Origin: Planctomycetaceae bacterium
GTDB taxonomy: Bacteria; Planctomycetota; Planctomycetia; Pirellulales; UBA1268
Assembly: GCA_046076065.1 (NCBI GenBank)
Contig: JBJTRH010000041.1
Span: forward strand, 1 to 51,509
Length of the DNA stretch: 51,509 bases
Direction: 5' to 3'
Of this stretch, positions 44,968-51,509 are shown one piece after another; position 1 is the first letter of the stretch; every line of letters begins with the position of its first letter. The notes beneath the pieces are model-generated. The model was not told the origin of the DNA. It was given only the letters and a program-made list of their open reading frames with translations, and ran no database searches. Made by a program: the position numbers and the translations under genes.

Positions 44968-45981
44968 ATGACGATCGCCACTCTCTTGACCACGGTGCTG
45001 GCGGCCCTCGTGGTCATGTCGGATCTCGAGGCAGCAGGTCAGGCCGCCGAGCCTTTTCCGGCTGCAGCCGCCACGGTCGTCGTTCATCCTCAGCCGAACG
45101 TGACGCACGCCACGCCGACCTACGCTGTCACGGTGCCGGGGCATACGGAACAGGATCGGCGGGTCGAGTCTCTTCTCGACACACCACTGCCGGCGGGCGG
45201 GTTCACCGCGGAAGGGACGTCGCTGCAAGAACTCGCGTCACTTCTGAAGGAGCGTCTTGGCATCGACGTGACGTTCGATACGAAGAGCCTCGAAGGATTC
45301 GATCGGGAAGACCCTGCGTTCTCCGGGCCTCCCGTGGGGGCCACCTACCGTCACATGCTCCGCGCGTGGCTGCGGAGTGCCGACCTCGCCTACCAGGTCG
45401 TGGATGGCGGAGTCTTGGTCACGACCCGTGAAGGCGCGGCGTTGCACCAGGCGATCGCCGTCTATCCGCTGCCGACGGACTGCATGCCGACCGAACTCTG
45501 CAACCTCATCTAGCGGGTTGTCCAGCCAACGACGTGGGATCTCCAGGGCGGCCCCGGCTCCGTCGTGTTCGTCCCCCACACGAATGCGTTGGTCGTTTTG
45601 CAGACCCAGGAAGTGCACGAGGAACTGCTGGACCTGCTCCGACATGGATTCGATCAGGACTTGGGACCGTCGCCAGCTGCCGATCAGGCGGAGAACCGAC
45701 CGCGAGCCGTCCGAGTCCACGCCATTTCCGACGCGACGATCCGTCGCGACCTCGAGGAGGCACTCGTCGAGATCTGCAACACCCACCTCGGGCCCGAAGC
45801 CGATCCCTCCGCGACGGTGCGTACGGTCGGCGACCTTCTGCTCGTCGAGTCGTCGAGCCGACCGTTTCAGGTTCACGCGACGGAGATGATTCGTTCCATC
45901 GTGGGCATCGAGGTCACGCCCCACCCCCTGTGGACGGGCTTTATGGGCGGCGGCGAGGCGGTCGGCGGCGGGAACTTCTGA
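44968..45981 (+). pseudogene. secretin-N/STN-like Planctomycete secreted protein interrupted by a single in-frame TAG (45511-45513)
   Basis: Track ORFs 44881..45513 and 45565..45981 are in the same frame, and TAG at 45511 is the only stop between them. The ATG at 44968 is preceded by gaggag. The reading continues ...ELCNLI*RVVQPTTWDLQGGPGSVVFVPHTNALVVLQTQEVHEELLDLLR, so the stop sits inside a conserved-looking motif. Confidence 0.5.
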
Positions 45982-46265
45982 TGGGTCGCCCGGGATGTGG
46001 ACGGCGACTTCAGTTCGCGTTGGCGTGAGTTCCGGCGGTGATGGCTCATCGCCGCGCCGAGATGGCTGCGGTTCCAGTCCGACGGCCGGGTGGCGCTGAT
46101 TTGCCCGCGAAACGGCTGTGACTGCGAAACGGCGGTCCGATCGATTATTGTGGCGTGGGTCGGGAACGGTCGGTTTCGGTCCGGACGCGGCGAGTGTCCG
46201 GCCGGTGTCCCACGCGGGCGACGAGCCCTGCGGGAGCGGACGCCGGAAAACTGAAGGAGCGCTTG

Positions 46266-47327
46266 ATGATTTCGTTTCGGTTCGAGCACGTCTGCGTTGA
46301 GTCGTTCGGCCTGCACTTTCCCGACACCCTCCTGTCTTCCGCCGAGATCGAGGCCCGGATCGCCCCCGCCTACGATCGGCTGAGGGTTCCGGCCGGCACG
46401 CTGGAGCGGGTCAGCGGCGTGAGCACCCGCGGCATGTGGGCCACCGATGTCACGCCCAGTTCCGTGGCCACCGCGGCGGCCCGGCAGGCCCTCGACCGCT
46501 CCGGCTTGCGGCCGGATCAGATCGGCGCCCTGTTCAACTGCTCGGTGTCGCGAGACTTCTTCGAGCCTGCCACCGCCTGCCTCGTGCACCACAACCTCGG
46601 CATCCCCGAGGAGTCGCTGGTGCTCGACATCACCAACGCCTGCATCGGCTTCAGCGACGGCATGATCATGCTCGCCCACCTCATCGAGGCGGGCACCGTG
46701 AAGGCGGGGATCCTCTGCTCCGGCGAGAACATCTCCAAGGTCGTGCACACCACCTGCGACCAGCTGCTCGGCGACCAGGGCATCACCCGCGAGAAGCTCC
46801 TCCAGATGCTCCCCACGCTGACCCTCGGCTGCGGGGCCGTGGCGGCGGTGCTCTGCCACGACAGCATCTCCTCCAGCCGCCACCGGTTCGTCGGCGGGAT
46901 CGCCCGCTCGGCGTCGCAGCACCACCAGCTCTGCATCGGCAATGGCGACTTCAGCGTGGGGCAGGGGGAGGAGATCGCGCCGATCATGACGTCCGATGCG
47001 GCCCAGCTGATGATCGCCGCCGCCAAGCTCGGCGGCCGCGCGTTTCCCGACGTGACCGCGTCGCTCGGCTGGTCGAAGGAGCACGTCGATCACGTGTTCT
47101 GCCACCAGGTGGGGCGGCAGGTGAACGAGGCCTTCTACCAGGAGATGGGCCTCGACTTCGACAAGGATTTCACGATCTACAAGCGGTATGGCAACATGGT
47201 GTCGGCCGCGCTGCCGGCGGCGCTTGCGATCGGCGTGGAGGAGAAGGGCATCCAGCCCGGCGAGAAGATCCTGCTCACGGCCTTCGGGAGCGGGCTCAAC
47301 ACGCGGTTCCTGGCGTTCGAGTGGTAG
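46266..47327 (+). CDS. oleA: OleA-type thiolase (FabH-like 3-oxoacyl-ACP synthase III family)
   Basis: In-frame ATG at 46266, preceded by gaaggag. Active-site Cys context DITNACIGFSDG and a C-terminal FGSGLN. It is adjacent to the oleBC and oleD homologues. Confidence 0.75.
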   Translation: MISFRFEHVCVESFGLHFPDTLLSSAEIEARIAPAYDRLRVPAGTLERVSGVSTRGMWATDVTPSSVATAAARQALDRSGLRPDQIGALFNCSVSRDFFEPATACLVHHNLGIPEESLVLDITNACIGFSDGMIMLAHLIEAGTVKAGILCSGENISKVVHTTCDQLLGDQGITREKLLQMLPTLTLGCGAVAAVLCHDSISSSRHRFVGGIARSASQHHQLCIGNGDFSVGQGEEIAPIMTSDAAQLMIAAAKLGGRAFPDVTASLGWSKEHVDHVFCHQVGRQVNEAFYQEMGLDFDKDFTIYKRYGNMVSAALPAALAIGVEEKGIQPGEKILLTAFGSGLNTRFLAFEW

Positions 47328-47365
47328 CCGCCGGAGGCGGCCGATGATCGAGGCATGAACGCCCC

Positions 47366-50017
47366 ATGAGCGGAGCCGACGCCAGCGACAGCGGAATCCC
47401 GTTCGCCTATGGCCCGGCTTACCCGTTTCCCTCGCGGTTCGTCACGGTGGGCGGCCACCGGATGCACTACGTCGACGAGGGAAGCGGCCCGGTGGTCGTC
47501 TGCCTGCACGGCAACCCCACCTGGGGCTTCCTGTTCCGGAACATCGTCGCCGGCCTGCGGCACGAGTTCCGGGTGATCGTGCCCGACCACGTGGGCTGCG
47601 GGCTGTCGGACCGGCCACGCGACGCCCTCTTTCGGGCGGCCGACCGCATCGCCCACCTCGAGGAGTTCCTCGACCGGCTCGGCGTCGGGCGATTCGCGCT
47701 CGTCATGCACGACTGGGGCGGGCCGCTCGGCACCGGCCTGGCCGTCCGGCGGCCCGAGAGCGTCGAGCGGCTCGTGTACTTCAACACCACGCTCGCCGAG
47801 ATGGATCTCCTGCCGGCGATGATCCGCCGGGCCGCGTCGCCCCTGATCGGCCGGATGCTCACGCAGCACACCGCCCGATTCGTCTCGCTGCTCACGTCGC
47901 TCGGCGCGGCGCGGCCGCTGCCGGAGGAAGTCTGCCAGGCCTACCACCGCCCCTACCGCACCGCCGAGAGCCGCCGTGCGATCTGGGGATTCGTCCGCGA
48001 CATCCCGTTGTCGGCGAGCCATCCGACGGCGGCCTTGATGGACGATCTCGTGGTCCGGCTGCCGGCGCTGGCGGGCAAGCCGGTGCGGCTCGTGTGGGGC
48101 ATGAAGGATCCCTGCTTCCAGCCCGCGATTCTCGACCGAGTGGCCGCGCGGTTTCCCGACGCCGACGTCATCCGCATCGCCGAGGCCTCGCACCTGGTGC
48201 TCGAGGACGCGGCCAGCGAGTCGACCGCCGCGGTCCACGAGTTCCTGCGGCCGCTCGTGCCCGCCGCGGCCGTCCTGCCGGCGGTCGCGAAGCGGCCGGC
48301 CGCGCCCGTCCCGGAAGCCGTGCCCGCGCCGTCCCGGCCCGCCACCACCGGAAGCGGCCTCTACGGCTCGCTCCAGGCGGCCGCGGCCGCGGCGCCGTGG
48401 GTGTCGGCGGTCACCAAGGTGTCGTTTCCCCGCTGGAGCCGTCGGCCCCGCTACGACGCGATCGACTTCGCCGCCCTCGCCTCCCGGATCGACGCCTACG
48501 AGCGGGGGCTCACCGAGGCCGGGCTGCGGGCCGCCGAGCGGGTGATCATGCTCGTGCGGCCGGGCGTCGACTTCCTGGCGCTCAGCTACGCGGTGATGGG
48601 GCGGGGGGCCGTGCCGGTGTTCATCGACCCGGGCATGGGGGTCGATGCGGTCGTGGCCTGCATGCGGGAGGCCGCCCCGACCGGCTTCATCGGTGTGCCG
48701 CGGGCGCATCTGCTGCGGCTCAAGGCATCCGACGTCTTTCGCTCCCTGCGGTTCTGCATCGTCGCGGGCCGTGTCTCGCTCTTCGGCGCCACGCCGCTGC
48801 GGCGGCTGCGCCGCCCCGCGGCCGTCCGCCCGGCGCCGGTAACGCGGCAGGCCGACGATCCCGCCCTCGTCGCCTTCACGTCCGGCGCCACCGGCAGGCC
48901 GAAGGGCGTGATCTTCACCAACCGCATGCTGACGGAGCAGCTGGCCGTGTTCCGCGGCCAGTTCGGCTTCCGCGGAGGCGAGCAGGATCTGCCGCTCCTG
49001 CCCGTGTTCAGCCTGTTCACGGCGGCACTCGGCGTGGGGAGCATCTTCCCGCCGCTCGACCCCAGCCGGCCGTTGTCATTGGTGCCCGCGCAGATCATTC
49101 GCGTGATGCGCGACCTCGGCAACCAGACGTCGTTCGGGTCGCCGGCGCTGTGGACCAAGCTCGCCGACTACTGCCGGCGGACGGGCACCTCGCTGCCGAA
49201 TCTGCGGCGGGTGTTCATGGCGGGCGCGCCGGTGTCGTCGGCTACCATCGAGCTCGTGCGGAACGCCTGCCCCCAGGCGGAGAGCTTCACGCCCTACGGT
49301 GCCACCGAGGCGCTGCCGGTCACGCTCGCTGCGGCGGCCGACCTCAGCAGCCTGTCGCCGATCACCGCCCTCACCGGCGAGCAGGGCACGCCCGTCGGCC
49401 GCGCGATCGACGGCGTGTCGCTCCGCGTCGTCCTGCCGGTCGGCGATCCCGCTGGCGCGTCGCTTTGCGACTGCCCGAAGCGGGTGATCGGCGAGATCGT
49501 CGTCAGTGGTGGCACGGTGAGCTGCGAGTATCTCGCCCGCCCGGAGGCGAATGCCGCCAGCAAGATTCTCGAGGCCGGCCGCGTCTGGCATCGGATGGGT
49601 GACATGGGCTACCTCGACGACGAGGGACGCCTCTGGTTCTGCGGGCGGAAGGCGCACGTCGTCACGACGCCGGATCGCGTCCACCACAGCGTGCCGGTCG
49701 AGAACGTCTTCAATCGGCATCCCGAGGTGCGGCGCACCGCGCTCATCGCCGTGGAGGGCCGGCCGGCCCTGGCGGTCGAGCCGCGGTCACGACGGCTCGG
49801 CGCCGAGGCCCGCCGCCGCCTCGCGGGCGAACTTCGGGCGATCGGTGCCGCCGACCCGGTCACGGCCACGATCACGCGGTTCTATTTCCACGACTCGTTT
49901 CCGGTCGACGCCCGTCACAACGCCAAGATCTTCCGCGACCGTCTCGCCGAGTGGGCGGCCACGCAGACGCCGGTGGAGGTCGACGGCGGCGGGCCGGTGG
50001 CCGAGGCCCCGGCATGA
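47366..50017 (+). CDS. oleBC: fused OleB (alpha/beta hydrolase, haloalkane-dehalogenase-like) and OleC (AMP-dependent synthetase/ligase)
   Basis: 883 aa. The N-terminal domain has HYVDEGSGPVVVCLHGNPTWGFLFRN and LVMHDWGG. A Pro/Ala-rich linker follows. The C-terminal domain has LVAFTSGATGRPKGV (AMP-binding motif) and WHRMGDMGYLDDEGRLWFCGRK. Confidence 0.8.
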   Translation: MSGADASDSGIPFAYGPAYPFPSRFVTVGGHRMHYVDEGSGPVVVCLHGNPTWGFLFRNIVAGLRHEFRVIVPDHVGCGLSDRPRDALFRAADRIAHLEEFLDRLGVGRFALVMHDWGGPLGTGLAVRRPESVERLVYFNTTLAEMDLLPAMIRRAASPLIGRMLTQHTARFVSLLTSLGAARPLPEEVCQAYHRPYRTAESRRAIWGFVRDIPLSASHPTAALMDDLVVRLPALAGKPVRLVWGMKDPCFQPAILDRVAARFPDADVIRIAEASHLVLEDAASESTAAVHEFLRPLVPAAAVLPAVAKRPAAPVPEAVPAPSRPATTGSGLYGSLQAAAAAAPWVSAVTKVSFPRWSRRPRYDAIDFAALASRIDAYERGLTEAGLRAAERVIMLVRPGVDFLALSYAVMGRGAVPVFIDPGMGVDAVVACMREAAPTGFIGVPRAHLLRLKASDVFRSLRFCIVAGRVSLFGATPLRRLRRPAAVRPAPVTRQADDPALVAFTSGATGRPKGVIFTNRMLTEQLAVFRGQFGFRGGEQDLPLLPVFSLFTAALGVGSIFPPLDPSRPLSLVPAQIIRVMRDLGNQTSFGSPALWTKLADYCRRTGTSLPNLRRVFMAGAPVSSATIELVRNACPQAESFTPYGATEALPVTLAAAADLSSLSPITALTGEQGTPVGRAIDGVSLRVVLPVGDPAGASLCDCPKRVIGEIVVSGGTVSCEYLARPEANAASKILEAGRVWHRMGDMGYLDDEGRLWFCGRKAHVVTTPDRVHHSVPVENVFNRHPEVRRTALIAVEGRPALAVEPRSRRLGAEARRRLAGELRAIGAADPVTATITRFYFHDSFPVDARHNAKIFRDRLAEWAATQTPVEVDGGGPVAEAPA

Positions 50018-51015
50018 GGGCGGTGGTCACGGGCGGGGGCGGCTTCGTGGGGGGAGCCATCTGTGAGCGTCTGCGTGCCGATGGCCATGAGGTGGTCGCG
50101 GTCGGCCGGCGGCCGAACCCCCGGGCCGAGGCCTCCGGGATCGGCAGCGTGGTCTGTGATCTCACCGCCGGCGACGCCCGCCCGCGGCTCGCCGAGGCCT
50201 TCTCGGCCGCAGACTGCGTGTTTCACACCGCGGCGCACGTGAAGATGTGGGGGCCCCGTGAGGCGTTTGTCCGCGGCAACGTCGCCGCGACCGACACCGT
50301 GCTCGCGGCCTGCCGCGACGCGGGAGTGGGCAGGCTTGTGTTCACGAGTTCCCCGAGCGTGGTGGCTGCGGACCACGACCTGCGGGGCGTCGATGAGTCG
50401 CAGCCGTATCCCCCCACATACCCGGCCCTCTATCCCGAGACGAAGGCCGCCGCGGAGCGGGCCGTGCTCGCCGCGCACGGCGCCGAGTTCAAGACGATCG
50501 CCCTGCGGCCGCACCTGATCTTCGGCCCGGGCGACACGAACCTGGTGCCCACGATCCTCGAGCGGGCCCGGGCCGGCCGGCTCGTGCAGGTGGGCGCTGG
50601 GAAGAACCTGGTCGACCTCACGTTCATCGACGACTGCGTGACGGCCCACATCCGTGCTGCCGACGCCCTCGCCACGCGGCCCTCGGCAGGCGGGCGGGCC
50701 TACTTCATTAGCCAGGGCGCGCCGGTGCCGCTCTGGGACTGGATCGGCCGCGTGCTTGCGCTCCATGGCCTGCCGCCGGTGCGCCGCCGCGTGTCGCTGA
50801 CCACGGCCCTCGCCCTGGCAACGGTCGCCGAAACCGTCTGGAACACGCTCGGGCTCCGCTCCGATCCGCCGCTGACACGCTTTCTGGCCGAGGAGATGGC
50901 GACCGACCACTGGTTCGACATCGCCGCCGCCCGCCGGGACCTCGGCTACGAGCCGAGCTGCACCGTCTGGGAAGCGACCGAGCGATCATTTTCCGGCGTC
51001 CTTCAGGAAGCGTAA
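50014..51015 (+). CDS. oleD: OleD-type NAD(P)-dependent reductase (3-beta-HSD / epimerase-dehydratase family)
   Basis: In-frame ATG at 50014 within track ORF 49951..51015, with an ATGA overlap with oleBC. Rossmann motif AVVTGGGGFVGG and YPETK (YxxxK). Confidence 0.75.
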   Translation: MRAVVTGGGGFVGGAICERLRADGHEVVAVGRRPNPRAEASGIGSVVCDLTAGDARPRLAEAFSAADCVFHTAAHVKMWGPREAFVRGNVAATDTVLAACRDAGVGRLVFTSSPSVVAADHDLRGVDESQPYPPTYPALYPETKAAAERAVLAAHGAEFKTIALRPHLIFGPGDTNLVPTILERARAGRLVQVGAGKNLVDLTFIDDCVTAHIRAADALATRPSAGGRAYFISQGAPVPLWDWIGRVLALHGLPPVRRRVSLTTALALATVAETVWNTLGLRSDPPLTRFLAEEMATDHWFDIAAARRDLGYEPSCTVWEATERSFSGVLQEA

Positions 51016-51092
51016 CCGCGTGAGCGGTACGGCTGCGTCACGCAGGGCTTGGCTGCATGCCCGCATCGCTCACGCGATGGCGGCTTCCTGAA
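51002..51092. terminator. composite imperfect inverted repeat spanning the oleD stop codon (possible terminator or regulatory stem-loop)
   Basis: Outer arms: ttcaggaagc (51002-51011) pairs with gcttcctgaa (51083-51092). Inner arms: cgcgtgagcg (51017-51026) pairs with cgctcacgcg (51067-51076). A nested small hairpin ctgcg-tca-cgcag lies at 51033-51045. There is no U-tract. Confidence 0.35.
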
Positions 51093-51095
51093 CAG

Positions 51096-51263
51096 TTCAG
51101 CCCCGCTGAAGAGCCGCCGTGAGATCGCCGCCGGGAGGGCGGCGTGCCCGGCATGGCACACCTTGGCTGTGGCATCGCCGGGCGGAGCGAAAGCCGGGCC
51201 ATGGATGGCCGGCGTCGCGACGACGGCGGTGCTTCAGCCCCGCTGAAGGGCCGCTGTGAGATC
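51096..51263. repeat. 31-nt direct repeat (51096-51126 and 51233-51263), 2 mismatches
   Basis: ttcagccccgctgaagAgccgcCgtgagatc versus ttcagccccgctgaagGgccgcTgtgagatc. The second copy is the real pntB 3' end. On the minus strand both copies translate as DLTAALQRG-stop. Confidence 0.8.
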
Positions 51264-51509
51264 CAGGATCGCCTTCTTCCCGTCGGCGAAGTACATCAGC
51301 GTGTTGTCGGCGGCGAACAGCGGATTGGGAATGCCGGCGAAGCCCGGCGACAGCGACCGCTTCACCACCACCACCGTCTTCGCCTTGTCCACGTCGAGGA
51401 TCGGCATCCCCGCGATCGGGCTCGTGGGATCGGTGCGGGCGGCCGGATTCACCACGTCGTTGGCCCCGATCACGATCGCCACGTCGGTCTCCGGGAACGT
51501 GGGATTGAT
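51234..51509 (-). CDS. pntB: NAD(P) transhydrogenase subunit beta, C-terminal fragment (5' end outside window)
   Basis: The frame is open to the window edge. INPTFPETDVAIVIGANDVVNPAARTDPTSPIAGMPILDV...FAGIPNPLF matches the conserved PntB dIII C-terminus. Stop at 51234-51236. Confidence 0.85.
   Translation of the reverse strand: MNPTFPETDVAIVIGANDVVNPAARTDPTSPIAGMPILDVDKAKTVVVVKRSLSPGFAGIPNPLFAADNTLMYFADGKKAILDLTAALQRG

Noticed and set aside
45511-45513. In-frame TAG as a pyrrolysine or programmed recoding site
   Set aside because: No pyl genes or recoding signals are visible in the window and the lineage is not known for Pyl use. A nonsense mutation or sequencing error is more parsimonious. 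It is kept as a finding only as an interrupted gene.
51049-51246. 65-aa plus-strand ORF in the oleD-pntB intergenic region
   Set aside because: No RBS or motifs. It overlaps the inverted and direct repeats described and the pntB 3' end, so it is probably non-coding.
1-51509. Search for CRISPR arrays, tRNA/rRNA genes, transposases/integrases and prophage genes
   Set aside because: By eye I saw no regularly spaced repeats, tRNA-like T-arm/acceptor signatures in the intergenic regions, or IS/integrase-like ORFs. A tRNAscan/Infernal/ISfinder run would be needed to exclude small RNAs formally.

Overview
Very GC-rich bacterial chromosomal window (G+C judged by eye, not computed). The gene content points to Planctomycetota: DUF1559 H-X9-DG pseudopilin-like protein, DUF1552 plus cytochrome-c/DUF1592-family pair, PEP-CTERM proteins with autotransporter-associated beta-strand repeats, and fhc (methanofuran/H4MPT-type) genes. 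I call 39 protein-coding features, one of them 5'-truncated at the window edge and one interrupted by an in-frame stop. I found no rRNA, tRNA, CRISPR array or recognisable IS/transposase.

Layout:
- 0.1-5 kb: kdsD-kdsC followed by a 1070-aa membrane-anchored ORF in the lptC/lptA position.
- 5-9 kb: esterase, hpt, glycosyltransferase, glycosidase.
- 9-16.5 kb, minus strand: fhcB-fhcA, DUF1552, and a GntP permease that runs in frame with no stop codon into a cytochrome-c/PA14/DUF1592-family protein.
- 16.5-18.4 kb: Zn-ADH plus SDR (idnD/idnO-like).
- 18.4-22.9 kb: housekeeping genes (PIN-TRAM, dGTPase-like, HIT, scpA, MBL hydrolase).
- 22.9-32.7 kb: long-form glutamate racemase, ggt, M19 dipeptidase, DcyD-family PLP enzyme, GTP-PEPCK, Glu/Asp-type symporter, GntR regulator.
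- 32.9-43.1 kb: the most unusual region. It is a seven-gene same-strand array of three mosaic PEP-CTERM surface proteins, a DUF1559 pseudopilin-like protein, a lipoprotein, and three exported hydrolase-type proteins (Ntn/C45-like, BPL_N GATase1-like, AstE/AspA M14-like fused to the surface-anchor module).
- 43.2-46 kb: hemW, DUF2147, and a secretin-N-like gene broken by one in-frame TAG.
- 46.3-51 kb: oleA-oleBC(fused)-oleD olefin cluster.
- 51.2 kb to the end: 3' end of pntB, with an orphan duplicate of its last nine codons nearby.

Many long antisense or off-frame ORFs in the track are GC-driven artefacts and were rejected. All functional calls rest on motif recognition by eye. No database search was run.
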